Source: an uncultured bacterium
Lineage (GTDB): Bacteria > Abyssobacteria > SURF-5
Assembly (NCBI GenBank): GCA_964607485.1
Contig: CAZSKP010000022.1
Coordinates: 1 to 64,000, forward strand
Length of the DNA: 64,000 nucleotides
Direction: 5' to 3'
This document shows, piece by piece, positions 28,706 to 39,982 of this stretch. The notes beneath the pieces are model-generated. The model was not told the origin of the DNA and made no database searches. It saw nothing but the letters and a program-made list of their open reading frames with translations. Position numbers and translations under genes: made by a program. Every line of letters starts with the position of its first letter. Within the stretch, counting starts at the first letter, position 1.

Positions 28706-29125
28706 ATGCGGATGACGAAAATACTCTGGGCGGCGGTGGCTATGATATTCCTACTTGCCATTGTCGCCACAATCTGGGCCCCTGGCCCCAGACCGAAGCC
28801 GGAAGTGAAGCTTCGCATGATTGTCGTCCGGGCCGACCCATCGGACCCCGTCGACGTCGAACGCGCCCGCCAGAAGATCGAGAAGGTTCATGAATACCTC
28901 GAGAAAGGGGCGAATTTTGAACAACTGGCGATAAACGAATCCGAGGCGCTCAGCGCATCCGAGGGCGGCGAGATGGGATGGTCGGGCAAGGGTGTCCTGC
29001 CGGAGGGTCTGGAGGAAATCGCCTTTCAGCTTAAGCCGGGACAGTTTAGCGACATAATCGAAGACCACAGAACCGACGACCTTGTGTATCGGATCATCTA
29101 TGTTGAGGACCGCCGCAATTTCTGA
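28706..29125 (+). CDS. Parvulin-type peptidyl-prolyl isomerase with N-terminal membrane anchor
   Basis: GANFEQLA...SE...GGEMGW...AFQLKPGQFSDII. Confidence 0.8.
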   Translation: MRMTKILWAAVAMIFLLAIVATIWAPGPRPKPEVKLRMIVVRADPSDPVDVERARQKIEKVHEYLEKGANFEQLAINESEALSASEGGEMGWSGKGVLPEGLEEIAFQLKPGQFSDIIEDHRTDDLVYRIIYVEDRRNF

Positions 29126-29310
29126 GTATCCTGTCCCCATCCGGTAAACGGCAGGAAATCCTTCTGAGCGGCGAGAGCGTCTTCCTGTTGCTCTAAGAAA
29201 AACTGTTGCAATTTGACTTCCTTCCCATTATAATAATACCGAACTGGTTGGAGGGGCTGGCACTTCCGTTCGCTGGACGGTCTGTGTGAGGGCGAAAGGA
29301 TCAGCGGCGA

Positions 29311-31359
29311 ATGGCGCCTCGCAAAGGCGATATCAATGAGCTGACAAGGTTCTTGCGAGCGCATAAGGAGTCGGTGGTCAAGCAATGGGTCGCCGGCTTG
29401 CTGTTGCAGCGCGAGGTCCGGACGAAGCTGGCCGGACACTCGTCCCGCGAAGAGTTTTCCGAAGTTATCCCCAATATTTATGATTCCCTCATCATCCCCC
29501 TTTCGGTCTCCACATCTGCAGGAAAGACGCGCAAGGCACGCCTGAAGGGGTCTCAAAAAGAATACCTGAAGGCGTTTTCCCTCCTCGACCTTCAGCAGGC
29601 GCTCTTCATTCTTCTTGACATTCTGGTTGTCACCGTCAGGAAACGATACTCCGGAAAACCGAGAAAGGTTGAGAAACTCACGTCTCTTCTGTCCGGACGT
29701 ATGCACGACCTGCTTCTCCAAGCGAGCAAAGCCGACGCCAAGCATCGCGAAAGAGCAACAGCGCGCGCCGAAAGCAAGTATGCGCGGCTGTTGGATATGG
29801 CTAATGACGCCATTTTCGTCCTGAATTTTGATTCCGCCCTCTTCTCCGAAGTCAACAAGGCCGCCTGCCAGCTCACCGGCTATTCCGAAGCCGAACTGAA
29901 GCGGATGGGCTTCAACTCGCTCGTTTCCGTGTTCGACCTCAACCTTGCGATCGAGAAGGCGAACGCTGCAATCGAGCGGGGCGCCGTCCGTTTCGATGAC
30001 CTTTCGATTCTCACGAAAAAGGGAACCCCCCTGCCCGTGGATATAAGCGCCAGCGCGGTAACCATCGATGACAGAAGGTACATCCTTGCAATCATGCGCG
30101 ACATAAAAGAACGCAAGGCGTTCGAGAAGGAAATAGAAGAGAAGGCCGATCGCCTCAAGCTCATAAACGACATCGCCCGAGCGATCGGCTCGGCCGACCT
30201 GGACATCGAGGCGGTCCTCACCACGATACTGAAAAGCGTCGCCCGGGTGATAAAGGTCGAGGCGGGGTCGGTGCTGAGGCTGGAGGACGCCGAGCTGGTG
30301 TTCTTGGTGGCCCTGGGCGAGAAGGCGGAACACGTCAAGCCGTTCCGGCTCCGGCTGGGCCAGGGCATCGCAGGATGGGTCGCTCAGACGGGAGAAGGCT
30401 TGATAGTGCGCAACGTTCACAAGGACCCGCGTTACTATCCCGAGGTCGAGCGAGCCACGGGCTTCGTGTCAAAGTCGATCCTCGCCGTGCCGATGAAGAC
30501 AGGCGACTCGACCGTGGGCGTCATCGAACTCATCAACAAGGTCGGGGGACAATTTACAAAGAAGGACCTCGAGCTCATAAGCGCCATTTCCAGCTTCGCC
30601 GCCGTCGCCCTCGAACATGCCAGACTCTTTTCGGAATGCGAACTCTCAAAGGCGCGGCTTTCCCAGCTCCATTCTTCCATATCATCCTCACGCCTGGCCG
30701 CTGTGGTGGCCCACGAGATGAAGGACCCCTTGGGCATAATCAAGAACTACACGCGCATTCTCGAGGACAAACTCGGCTCTGCGGGCGCTCAACCCGAAGA
30801 GCTTGCCGTGGTCTCGGAGGAGATCGACAGAATCGCAAACATCACGGACCAGCTCCTGCACTTCTCCGAGGCCTATTCAGAAGAGCCCAGAGAGACTCCG
30901 CTGAATTTGCTCGTCGAAAACTCCGTCGCCTCGATGCAGGAAAGGCTGGACGTGGCCGGCATCGGGACGGAGCTGAGACTGAAACGCTCGCTGCCGCACA
31001 TATCCGTAATACCCAACCAGATGAAAATGGTGTTCTCCAATCTTATAAGGCTTGCAATAGCCGAGATGCCCGACGGCGGAGTGCTGACCGTTGTCACGCG
31101 GGAGTGCGATTCCTCCATATGCATCGAATTTTCCAACACGGGCAAGAAGCACACAACCGCCGAGGCGGGTGAGCTGTTCCTTCCCAGCGCGGTCGCAAAG
31201 GGTCTGGTTCCGAAAGGCCTCGGGCTTTACATGGTTTACAACATCATCCAGGGCTACGGGGGAGATATACAAGTCAGGTCGCGCAAGGGGCAGGGAAACA
31301 CGTTCAGAATAAGGATCCCGCTCAATGCCATCACTGCGTCGGGTGGAGCGTCAATATGA
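29311..31359 (+). CDS. PAS-GAF sensor histidine kinase-like protein with degenerate ATP-binding domain
   Basis: PAS (ANDAIF...VNKAACQLTGYS...RDIKERK), GAF (GQGIAGWV...ILAVPM...VIELINK), H-box AHEMKDPL; N and G1 boxes degenerate. Confidence 0.8.
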   Translation: MAPRKGDINELTRFLRAHKESVVKQWVAGLLLQREVRTKLAGHSSREEFSEVIPNIYDSLIIPLSVSTSAGKTRKARLKGSQKEYLKAFSLLDLQQALFILLDILVVTVRKRYSGKPRKVEKLTSLLSGRMHDLLLQASKADAKHRERATARAESKYARLLDMANDAIFVLNFDSALFSEVNKAACQLTGYSEAELKRMGFNSLVSVFDLNLAIEKANAAIERGAVRFDDLSILTKKGTPLPVDISASAVTIDDRRYILAIMRDIKERKAFEKEIEEKADRLKLINDIARAIGSADLDIEAVLTTILKSVARVIKVEAGSVLRLEDAELVFLVALGEKAEHVKPFRLRLGQGIAGWVAQTGEGLIVRNVHKDPRYYPEVERATGFVSKSILAVPMKTGDSTVGVIELINKVGGQFTKKDLELISAISSFAAVALEHARLFSECELSKARLSQLHSSISSSRLAAVVAHEMKDPLGIIKNYTRILEDKLGSAGAQPEELAVVSEEIDRIANITDQLLHFSEAYSEEPRETPLNLLVENSVASMQERLDVAGIGTELRLKRSLPHISVIPNQMKMVFSNLIRLAIAEMPDGGVLTVVTRECDSSICIEFSNTGKKHTTAEAGELFLPSAVAKGLVPKGLGLYMVYNIIQGYGGDIQVRSRKGQGNTFRIRIPLNAITASGGASI

Positions 31360-33296
31360 GAAGATCGGGAGCATATCCCGGCAGTCCGCTCGTGAACCGG
31401 AGCCTCACGCTGAGGTTCGTCACTATCCTCATCGTCGGAGCGGCCATCGCCATCGTGTGCACGGCCATCTTCAGCTACTACCATGCCTACAGGCTCAGGC
31501 AAGAAGGCACCGGCGCGGCAATGCAGCGGGTGGCTGAGAGCATGTCGGAGGAAATCGACATGTCTCTCGACACGGCAATTCACCTGTTGACCCAGCTCGC
31601 AGCCACAGAGGAGATACAGAGAGCTTTCGTCGCGCACAGCAAGACAACCGAGGGGACTCTCCCTCCGGAGGTCGCAGAAGCCGAAAAAGCCCTTGCGAGA
31701 TTCTGCTTCAGAAACTCCTCTTTCGGGCTTGTGAGGGCGGTTGATCCCGGGGGCACAGTTGTCGCGGATTCGGGCAAGCCGGAGTCGTCGTACCCGAGCA
31801 GGGACGAATGGTGGCGTCAGGCCAAAATGGCCAACCAACGGGAAGCCCAAATCTACGAGCCTGTGTTCACCGATGCGCCCTTCTCGACGCTCGTTCGGCT
31901 GTACGTTCCCGTTTTCTCCCAGGAGTCGGACGGTATTCAAGGGAAATTGCTCGCCGAGTACCACCTCGACCACACTGTCTCCCTATCGGGAGCGGACCAA
32001 GAGGAGATAGTCGCATTCTTGCTGGCGGATAGCAAAGAACGGAGTCTGTACATTCTCAGCCCGTCCAGCCTCGCCTCATCTCGTCCGACGAATCTTCGGG
32101 AAAACGGGGAGAAGGTCAGGCCCAGAAGGCGCGGCAGTTCCTCGGTCGAGCTCGGCCAGCACGGCATTCGCGCCATTGCGGGGTTCGCCCCCGTTAGGCA
32201 CTCTCTGACATCGGTTCCCGTCATCTACAAAGACAAAGACTGGAGCATCCTGACGGCAACGCCCGAAAGCCGGGTGATAGCTCCTTTGAATTCCCTGTTC
32301 TTCCAGGCGCTGGGATTCAGCGCAGCAATGCTCATTCTGGTTTCGTTGGGAGGCCTGGCTATCGCGAGGCGAATCCTGAGGCCCATTCACGTGCTTCAGG
32401 ACGGCGTCGAGGAAATCGGACAGGGCAACCTCGAGCATCGTATCGACATCAGGAGCGGCGACGAAATCGAAATGCTCGCCGTCGAGTTCAACCGCATGGC
32501 CGACCGGATGCAGCGCACGAATGAGCAATTGCAGCGCCGCAGCAAGGAATTGGAGCAGCGGGTGAACCAGTTGAGAAGGTTGCAGGCGCAGCTTATGCAA
32601 TCGGAGAGGATGGCGGCCACGGGCGAGCTCGCGGCCCAGATCGCGCATGAAATAAACAACCCGCTGGGCATCATCAAGAATTATGTCGGAATAGCCAGGA
32701 TGCTCATGCCGGAGGATGATTCAAACCGCGAAAATCTGAAGATCGTGGACCAGGAGATAAATCGCATAGCGGGTATCGTGCGCAGGCTCCTCAAGTTCGC
32801 GAAGCCGGGCATGGAAGACATTCAGTCCGTTCAGATCAACCAAATACTCGAAGAGCTCCTCGCGCTCCTTCGGGGGCAGCTCTTCCGGGCAAAGATCGAA
32901 ACATCCTCGGAACTGGCCGAAAACCTCCCCGAGGTGAGCGTCTCCACCGACCAGATACGACAGGTGTTCCTCAATCTGATAAAAAATGCAGAAGACGCCA
33001 TGCCCGACGGCGGCAAGCTGACCATTCGTACCCGTTACAGGAAAGGACGCGTCGAGATCGACGTCGCCGACAACGGTTGCGGCATCCCGCCCGAGGAAGT
33101 CAAGAACATCTTCGAGCCGTTCTTCACCACGAAGGGCGTGAAGGGAACGGGCCTTGGGCTCTCCGTTTCATATGGAATAATCAAGAACTACAACGGGGAG
33201 ATAAGCGTCGATAGCGAACCCGGCAGGGGGACCACCTTTACCATCCAGCTCCCGGTGGTCAGCGAGAAGGTGTTTCAGGTCATCCAGTCCCCATAG
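31356..33296 (+). CDS. Membrane sensor histidine kinase (periplasmic Cache-like, HAMP, HisKA, HATPase)
   Basis: Two TMs, HAMP, AHEINNPL, NLIKNA, DNGCGI, FEPFFTTK and GTGLGL. Confidence 0.93.
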   Translation: MRRSGAYPGSPLVNRSLTLRFVTILIVGAAIAIVCTAIFSYYHAYRLRQEGTGAAMQRVAESMSEEIDMSLDTAIHLLTQLAATEEIQRAFVAHSKTTEGTLPPEVAEAEKALARFCFRNSSFGLVRAVDPGGTVVADSGKPESSYPSRDEWWRQAKMANQREAQIYEPVFTDAPFSTLVRLYVPVFSQESDGIQGKLLAEYHLDHTVSLSGADQEEIVAFLLADSKERSLYILSPSSLASSRPTNLRENGEKVRPRRRGSSSVELGQHGIRAIAGFAPVRHSLTSVPVIYKDKDWSILTATPESRVIAPLNSLFFQALGFSAAMLILVSLGGLAIARRILRPIHVLQDGVEEIGQGNLEHRIDIRSGDEIEMLAVEFNRMADRMQRTNEQLQRRSKELEQRVNQLRRLQAQLMQSERMAATGELAAQIAHEINNPLGIIKNYVGIARMLMPEDDSNRENLKIVDQEINRIAGIVRRLLKFAKPGMEDIQSVQINQILEELLALLRGQLFRAKIETSSELAENLPEVSVSTDQIRQVFLNLIKNAEDAMPDGGKLTIRTRYRKGRVEIDVADNGCGIPPEEVKNIFEPFFTTKGVKGTGLGLSVSYGIIKNYNGEISVDSEPGRGTTFTIQLPVVSEKVFQVIQSP

Positions 33297-33320
33297 TGTG
33301 AGGCGAGAGGAGGAGCGTCA

Positions 33321-33968
33321 GTGGCGGAAAAGAGCAGGATACTGGTAATAGACGACGAGAAACGGATGTGCGACAGCATAAAGGTGCTCCTGTCAAACAT
33401 CGGTTACGAGGTGGACACCGCCGAAAACGGCCGGACTGGAATAGACAGGCTGAAATCCAATCAGTATGGGCTCGTCATCACCGACCTGATGATGCCGGAA
33501 CTGGACGGCTTTGCCGTGATGAAATACATCAAGGAAAACTGCGCGAACACGCTCGTGATTGTCATCACGGGATACGCATCGGTGGAGTCGGCCGTCAGAG
33601 CCATAAGGAGCGGCGCCTACGACTACATCCTTAAACCGTTTGACTTCGAGATTATCAAGATTTCCGTCGAACGCGCATGGGACAAACTGAAGCTGGAGAA
33701 GGAGCTGGAGAAGACACGCAAGCTCGCCCAGGTGGCCGAACGAGCAATCACGCTGAACAGTGAACTCAACAATCCCCTGTCGGTCACCTCGGGCTTCTCT
33801 CAATTGCTGCAGATTCGACTCGAAGGAAGCTCCGACGATACCATGAGGCGTCAGGTCAACTCGATCGTCAAGGCATCGGAAACCATGCATCAGATGACCA
33901 CCCAGTTTCGACGCTTCGCTCTGAACCTGTTGAACGAAAACGCGGAACAAGACCTCGGTATGGTCTAG
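33321..33968 (+). CDS. Response regulator with C-terminal His-less DHp-like helix
   Basis: REC (VIDDE, TDLMMP, KPF) followed by NSELNNPL...SGFSQLL. Confidence 0.85.
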   Translation: MAEKSRILVIDDEKRMCDSIKVLLSNIGYEVDTAENGRTGIDRLKSNQYGLVITDLMMPELDGFAVMKYIKENCANTLVIVITGYASVESAVRAIRSGAYDYILKPFDFEIIKISVERAWDKLKLEKELEKTRKLAQVAERAITLNSELNNPLSVTSGFSQLLQIRLEGSSDDTMRRQVNSIVKASETMHQMTTQFRRFALNLLNENAEQDLGMV

Positions 33969-33986
33969 ACCTCAGAGGAGACGGGA

Positions 33987-34370
33987 ATGGCGGAAACCAG
34001 ACACGTGCTGATTGTTGACGATAACGATGAAGTTCGGCAGCTTTTCTGCGACCTCATCGAAATGCTCGGTTTCACGCCCCGAGCGGTCGGCAGCGGTGTG
34101 GCCGCGCTTCAGCAGCTCAAAGTCAATCCCTTCGACCTGGTTATCCTGGACATGCGGATGCCCGACCTCAACGGGCTTGACACTTTCAAGGCGATTCGCC
34201 AATTCGATTCGTCCGTGCCCGTGATGCTCACATCCGGCTTCGGAATGGACAAGAGCGTTCAAGAAGCTCTCAGCATGGGAGCGCTCCTGTGCCTTGAGAA
34301 GCCGTTCAACGTGACACGAGCACTTAAGACCATCCGCGACATCATCGAGAAAGAATCCCCGAAAAAATAG
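33987..34370 (+). CDS. Single-domain response regulator
   Basis: LIVDD, LDMRMP and EKPF. Confidence 0.92.
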   Translation: MAETRHVLIVDDNDEVRQLFCDLIEMLGFTPRAVGSGVAALQQLKVNPFDLVILDMRMPDLNGLDTFKAIRQFDSSVPVMLTSGFGMDKSVQEALSMGALLCLEKPFNVTRALKTIRDIIEKESPKK

Positions 34371-34536
34371 ACCGTTCACCCCACGGTAGCCTCTTCACCT
34401 CACCGCTCCCCGACGCTCGCTCATCGGTCCTCTGCGCGCTTATCCCGCGTTTGACGAATTTTTTCGGGGCGTGATATACTTTTCTGGTGACCAAGAAGAG
34501 GCAGAAACATCGTAGCGACCAGTCCGGAGGCGGAGA

Positions 34537-34683
34537 ATGAAGCTCGAAAATTTCTCGTATCATGTCGCCGTGAAAACTCTCGAACTACTTGAGAAACAAT
34601 ATAATTACAAGATTCCGGAAAAGGTAAAAAAGGAAATAGCCGAGGCCGTGGTCGGTCAGATAGACTCATTCATCGAGGCGTAG
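34537..34683 (+). CDS. Small hypothetical protein (48 aa), not in the ORF track
   Basis: MKLENFSYHVAVKTLELLEKQYNYKIPEKVKKEIAEAVVGQIDSFIEA; SD GGAGG; upstream TTGACG-18-TATACT at 34451-34480. Confidence 0.65.
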   Translation: MKLENFSYHVAVKTLELLEKQYNYKIPEKVKKEIAEAVVGQIDSFIEA

Positions 34684-34750
34684 CGTCATTCGCGTCATCC
34701 GCGTTTCCGCGCCCGAGCGGACACCTTCGGCGGCCTCCGGCTCAGCGGCC

Positions 34751-35422
34751 ATGGGAATATTCGGCAGATTGGCAGGTCCGCCCAAATTCGACGAAGCCCG
34801 TCGCCTGATGGTCGAGAGACAGCTTCGCTCCCGCGGCATCAAGGACGAGAGAGTCCTTGCGGCCATGATGCTCGTGCCCCGTCACGAATTCGTGTCCGAC
34901 GAACTGAAGAGCCAGGCCTACGAAGACCATCCGCTCGCGATCGGGGAAGAGCAGACGATATCGCAGCCGTTCATGGTCGCCATCATGACGCAGGAACTCG
35001 AGCTCAAGTCATCCGACGTCGTGCTCGAAATCGGCGCGGGAAGCGGCTACCAGGCGGCCGTGCTTTCGAGACTCGCATCGAACGTGTACACGATAGAGAG
35101 ACACCAGCGCCTTGCTTGCTTGGCGTATGCTACGCTGACGAAACTCGGTTACCGCAACGTCACCGTACTATGCAACGATGGCAGCGGAGGTCTTCCCGAG
35201 CGCGCGCCCTTCGACGGGATCATAGTCACGGCCGCGGCCCCGGAGATTCCGCAGGTACTGCTCGATCAGCTCAGCGAGGGCGGCAGGCTGGTCATACCCG
35301 TGGGACAGAAGATGCTTCAGGTTTGTAAGCGGATAACAAGGCGGGCGGACAGTTATGAGGTCCGCGACGTTACGGGCTGCGTGTTTGTCCCGCTCATAGG
35401 AAGGTTCGGTTGGGAGATTTGA
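34751..35422 (+). CDS. pcm: Protein-L-isoaspartate O-methyltransferase
   Basis: [34 protein letters not shown] and FVPLIG. Confidence 0.95.
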   Translation: MGIFGRLAGPPKFDEARRLMVERQLRSRGIKDERVLAAMMLVPRHEFVSDELKSQAYEDHPLAIGEEQTISQPFMVAIMTQELELKSSDVVLEIGAGSGYQAAVLSRLASNVYTIERHQRLACLAYATLTKLGYRNVTVLCNDGSGGLPERAPFDGIIVTAAAPEIPQVLLDQLSEGGRLVIPVGQKMLQVCKRITRRADSYEVRDVTGCVFVPLIGRFGWEI

Positions 35423-38304
35423 TGCGAATGGATGACCGCTTCATCGTCATAAGGGGAGCCAAAGAGCATAATCTGAAGAACATAGATTTGCGCATCCCCC
35501 GCGACAGGCTCGTCGTGATAACCGGCCTCAGCGGCTCGGGCAAGTCGAGCCTCGCGTTCGACACCATCTACGCCGAGGGCCAGCGCCGCTACGTCGAGAG
35601 CCTCTCCGCATACGCCCGCCAGTTCCTCGAACAGATGCAGAAGCCCGACGTCGAGCACATCGAGGGCCTGTCACCCGCGATATCCATAGAACAGAAGAGC
35701 GCGGGAAGAAACCCGCGGTCCACGGTCGGGACCGTCACGGAGATATACGACTACCTCAGGGTGCTGTTCGCCCGGATAGGAACTCCCCACTGCTACAAGT
35801 GCGGCAAGGTGATCTCATCCCAGACGGCGCAGGAGATCACCGACCAGATCGCCTCGATGCCCGACGGCGCCCGGCTCACGCTGCTGGCCCCGCTCGTGAG
35901 GGGGCGTAAGGGAGAGTACAGGCACATATTCGAGAACGTTCGCAAGGAAGGCTACGTTCGCGTTCGGGTTGACGGGAAAATCTACGACGTCAACGAGGAC
36001 ATAAAGCTTGCCAAACGCAAGACACACGACGTTGACGTGGTCGTTGACAGGCTTGTGGCCAAGCAGGGAGCGCGCTCAAGGCTGAACGATTCCGTCGAGA
36101 CAGCCCTTCGCCTCGGCAAAGGGGTCATGAGGCTGCTCTACGAAGTGCCCGGAGCCGGCCGAAGAAAGCCGCGCGAACAGATATTCAGCGAGCGCCTGGC
36201 CTGCATCGAATGCGGCATAAGCTACGCCGAGCTGGAGCCGCGCATGTTCTCGTTCAACAGTCCTCACGGCGCATGCGCGGCGTGCGGCGGGCTGGGCTCC
36301 AGCATGGAGATAGACCCCGACCTGGTGGTGCCCGACCATTCGAAGAGCCTGCGCGAGGGCGCCATCGAGCCGTGGCAGGCCATCCAGAAGAATTCCCGCT
36401 ACTTCGTCCAGATGATCGAGCAGGTGAGCCGGCATTACGGCATCAAGCCCGGCGTTCCGTTCAGGGACCTCGACCCGCAGCATCGGGAAATCCTCCTCTA
36501 TGGGTCGAACGACGACGAAATCGATTTCACGCTCTCTCACGGCCGCAACCGGTACATGTTTCAAAAATCCTTCGAAGGCGTGATACCCAACCTTCAGAGG
36601 AGGTACAAGGAAACCGACTCGGCCGCGGTGAGGGAGATGATCGAATCCTACATGCGGCCCCGTCCGTGCAGCGCCTGCGGGGGGGCGAGGCTGAAGCCGG
36701 AGAGCCTGGCCGTTCGCCTGAGCGACAGAAACATCGCCGAGGTCACATCGCTTTCCATCAGGGACGCGCGCGAATTCTTCGCCGGGCTGAAACTGTCGCG
36801 CACCCAGTCGCTGATAGCGGGAAGAATATTGAAAGAGATGCAGGAACGGCTCAACTTCCTGCTCAACGTGGGACTGGACTATCTCACGCTGGACCGGTCC
36901 GCCGGCACGCTGGCGGGCGGAGAAGCCCAGAGAATAAGGTTGGCGACACAGGTGGGATCCGGCCTCGTCGGGGTGCTCTACATATTGGATGAGCCCAGCA
37001 TCGGCCTGCACCAGCGAGACAACCGGCGGCTCCTGCAAACACTTCTCCGGCTGCGCGACCTCGGCAATACGGTGATCGTCGTTGAACACGACGAGGCGAC
37101 GATCCGCACCGCCGATTTCGTCATCGACCTTGGGCCCGGAGCGGGGGCGCACGGAGGGGAAGTGGTTGTGACGGGCACTCCGCGCGACATCATGTCAGCC
37201 AAGGCCTCTTTGACAGGCAAATACCTGAGCGGAAAGCTCCGGATTGAGCTGCCGGAGTTCCGGCGAAAGCCCAACGGCAGCTCTCTCACGCTGGTCGGCG
37301 CAAGGCACAACAATCTGAAAGAGGCCGACGTGGAGTTTCCGCTGAGTCAGTTTATCTGCGTCACCGGAGTATCCGGTTCGGGTAAATCTTCGCTCGTAGA
37401 CGAGACGCTTTATCCCGCACTGGCCAGGAAGCTCTACCGGTCGAAGCTTGAGCCGGGGGCCCACTCCGACCTGCTTGGAACGGAAAACATCGACAAGGTG
37501 ATCGACATCGACCAGTCGCCTATCGGGCGGACGCCACGCTCGAATCCGGCGACATATACGGGCGTGTTCACTCACATCCGCGAGCTTTTCTCGAAAGTGC
37601 CTCAGTCGAAGGTGAGGGGCTACCGGCCCGGCCGATTCAGCTTCAACGTCAAAGGCGGACGGTGCGAGGCCTGCACGGGCGACGGCGTGATTAAGATAGA
37701 GATGCACTTTCTGCCCGACGTGTACGTCACCTGCGAGGCGTGTGGAGGACTCCGATACAACCGCGAGACGCTGGCCGTGACGTACAAGGGAAAGAGCATT
37801 GCAGACGTGCTCGACATGACCGTCGAGAGCGCGCTCGATTTCTTCTCCGAGATACCGGCGATAAAGCAGAAGCTGCAGACCCTGTTCGACGTCGGGCTGG
37901 GGTACATAAAGCTTGGGCAATCATCGACGACGCTCTCGGGCGGCGAGGCACAGCGCGTCAAGCTTTCCACCGAGCTGTCTCGGCGAGATACCGGCAGGAC
38001 GCTCTATATCCTGGATGAGCCGACAACGGGACTGCATTTCGACGACATCAAGCGGCTCCTTGCGATTCTGGGACGTCTGGTCGATGCCGGCAATACCGTG
38101 ATAGTGATCGAACACAACCTCGACGTCATCAAGACTGCCGATTACATAATCGACCTCGGTCCCGAGGGCGGCGACGAGGGTGGATACGTGGTGGCGACCG
38201 GCACGCCCGAGGAGGTCGCCGCCCGCAAGGATTCCTACACCGGCAAATATCTGAAGCCGATACTGGAAAGAAGAACCGGCGTTGGTTCTCGGAGCGCAGT
38301 CTGA
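35422..38304 (+). CDS. uvrA: Excinuclease ABC subunit A
   Basis: [23 protein letters not shown], two ABC cassettes and Zn fingers. Confidence 0.98.
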   Translation: MRMDDRFIVIRGAKEHNLKNIDLRIPRDRLVVITGLSGSGKSSLAFDTIYAEGQRRYVESLSAYARQFLEQMQKPDVEHIEGLSPAISIEQKSAGRNPRSTVGTVTEIYDYLRVLFARIGTPHCYKCGKVISSQTAQEITDQIASMPDGARLTLLAPLVRGRKGEYRHIFENVRKEGYVRVRVDGKIYDVNEDIKLAKRKTHDVDVVVDRLVAKQGARSRLNDSVETALRLGKGVMRLLYEVPGAGRRKPREQIFSERLACIECGISYAELEPRMFSFNSPHGACAACGGLGSSMEIDPDLVVPDHSKSLREGAIEPWQAIQKNSRYFVQMIEQVSRHYGIKPGVPFRDLDPQHREILLYGSNDDEIDFTLSHGRNRYMFQKSFEGVIPNLQRRYKETDSAAVREMIESYMRPRPCSACGGARLKPESLAVRLSDRNIAEVTSLSIRDAREFFAGLKLSRTQSLIAGRILKEMQERLNFLLNVGLDYLTLDRSAGTLAGGEAQRIRLATQVGSGLVGVLYILDEPSIGLHQRDNRRLLQTLLRLRDLGNTVIVVEHDEATIRTADFVIDLGPGAGAHGGEVVVTGTPRDIMSAKASLTGKYLSGKLRIELPEFRRKPNGSSLTLVGARHNNLKEADVEFPLSQFICVTGVSGSGKSSLVDETLYPALARKLYRSKLEPGAHSDLLGTENIDKVIDIDQSPIGRTPRSNPATYTGVFTHIRELFSKVPQSKVRGYRPGRFSFNVKGGRCEACTGDGVIKIEMHFLPDVYVTCEACGGLRYNRETLAVTYKGKSIADVLDMTVESALDFFSEIPAIKQKLQTLFDVGLGYIKLGQSSTTLSGGEAQRVKLSTELSRRDTGRTLYILDEPTTGLHFDDIKRLLAILGRLVDAGNTVIVIEHNLDVIKTADYIIDLGPEGGDEGGYVVATGTPEEVAARKDSYTGKYLKPILERRTGVGSRSAV

Positions 38305-38398
38305 TCGCCCGGGCGCGGGCGCCATACCCTGTTCGAGGCCGCCGACACGGCAGAAATTGGCCCCCTGCAAAAACACCAGATTGACAGCGTCAAACGAA

Positions 38399-39982
38399 AT
38401 GTGTCGGAGAGGAGTTCGCCGGAAATCTCCAATCGGCTTGTCACGCGCCGGTGGCATCGGGGTTGACTGTCTCCTGCCGCTGGCGCTCTTTTGCGCCCAG
38501 TTCGCGTTTTTCCTCTTCCTCGCTTTTCACCGAATTGTGGACAGCGACGAAGGGTTTTACCTTTACGCCTCGAAGCTTCTCGGCGCCCACGGAACGCTCA
38601 TATACCGGGACATCTTCTATCCGCAGATGCCGCTTCTGCCCTTCATCTACGGCGGCTGGATGAAGCTGTTCGGGTTCAACTGGTACAGCGGCAGAGCGCT
38701 TTCCGCTTTGCTGACCGCGCTGACGGGTACCGTCCTGTTCCTGCACGTTCGCGCCTCAACGGGTCGCCTCCTCCTGGCCACCATCGGCCTCCTGCTTTAC
38801 GCATTCAGTCTTTCCGTGCTGCTGTTCTTTCTTACGGCAAAAACCTACACGTTATCGACCGGACTCCTTTTCGCGGGCGTGATCGTCGGAACGGACGCGA
38901 GAGACCGATTCCCCCGCATGGCGGCATTGGCCTCGGGTCTGCTTCTGGGGGCCAGCGTGCAAGTGCGGCTCTTCTTTGTCGTCGCCGCGCCGGTGATGCT
39001 GCTTTATTTTTGGAAGCGCCGAGAGGACAGACCTCACAGGCTGCCGTGGCTGTTCTGCGCGGGATTCGTCGCCGGTTCGATACCGTCGCTTGTCTTCCTG
39101 GCCACCGTTCCGAGGCAATTCATATTCGGAACGCTCATCTATCATTCTGTCCGGAATCCCTTCGGCCTGATCGCGCAGTTTGACCAGAAGCTCGGTGTGG
39201 CGGCACAGCTTTTCCTTGGAGCGACCCTCCGGCGGCCGACCCAGTTCGCGATTCTCTTCGCAGGGGTTCCGCTGGGGCTGTTGTGCTGGAGGAAACTGAA
39301 TGACGCGAGCAGGATGTGCATCATTGTGTCCGTCGCGCTTGGGACAGTATCGTTTCTGCCGACTCCGGCGTTCATCCAATATTTTTGCGTGCTGACTCCG
39401 TTTCTGATAGTCTCATTTGTCGGGGTCGCCGACGCGACTATCCGCTCATTCCATGGTCAATCGGCTCAAAGAACGGCTGCGGCCGCACTGCTGCTCTTCT
39501 CTTTGGTTTACGCGGCCTGGGCGACGACAAGGATCGACGGCCTCTTCATCCGGGCAAACATGGCGCCCGGGGCCGAGCCGGGCACGGGGCCGTTTGACTG
39601 GAAGATATCGACCATAGAGAAGGTCGCCGCGCTGGTGGAAAAGAACACCAACCCGGACGGGCTGGTGGTCAGTTTCTGGCCCGGCTATCTGCTCACCGCG
39701 AACCGGCGGGCTTACCCCGGCACGGAGAATCATTTCGCCCGCGACAGCTCGATGAGAATCTCGCCGGAGGAATGCGAGCAGTACAAGATGCTGCGCAACG
39801 ACAGGCTCGATGACGCCATCGCCGACCCGGCCACCGAGGCGGTAGTACTCGGGAACTGGTCGCATAATGTGAAGGCGTTATTCGTGGGCGTGCTTGAAGC
39901 CAACGACTACAAGTCGGTCGGACGTATCGGGAATACGGACGTGTTTGCGCGGAGCAGGGAGAAAGATAGCACCAGTGGCTGA
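38399..39982 (+). CDS. GT-C/ArnT-like membrane glycosyltransferase
   Basis: DSDEGFY, IYRDIFYPQMPLLP and many TMs; start uncertain. Confidence 0.7.
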   Translation: MCRRGVRRKSPIGLSRAGGIGVDCLLPLALFCAQFAFFLFLAFHRIVDSDEGFYLYASKLLGAHGTLIYRDIFYPQMPLLPFIYGGWMKLFGFNWYSGRALSALLTALTGTVLFLHVRASTGRLLLATIGLLLYAFSLSVLLFFLTAKTYTLSTGLLFAGVIVGTDARDRFPRMAALASGLLLGASVQVRLFFVVAAPVMLLYFWKRREDRPHRLPWLFCAGFVAGSIPSLVFLATVPRQFIFGTLIYHSVRNPFGLIAQFDQKLGVAAQLFLGATLRRPTQFAILFAGVPLGLLCWRKLNDASRMCIIVSVALGTVSFLPTPAFIQYFCVLTPFLIVSFVGVADATIRSFHGQSAQRTAAAALLLFSLVYAAWATTRIDGLFIRANMAPGAEPGTGPFDWKISTIEKVAALVEKNTNPDGLVVSFWPGYLLTANRRAYPGTENHFARDSSMRISPEECEQYKMLRNDRLDDAIADPATEAVVLGNWSHNVKALFVGVLEANDYKSVGRIGNTDVFARSREKDSTSG

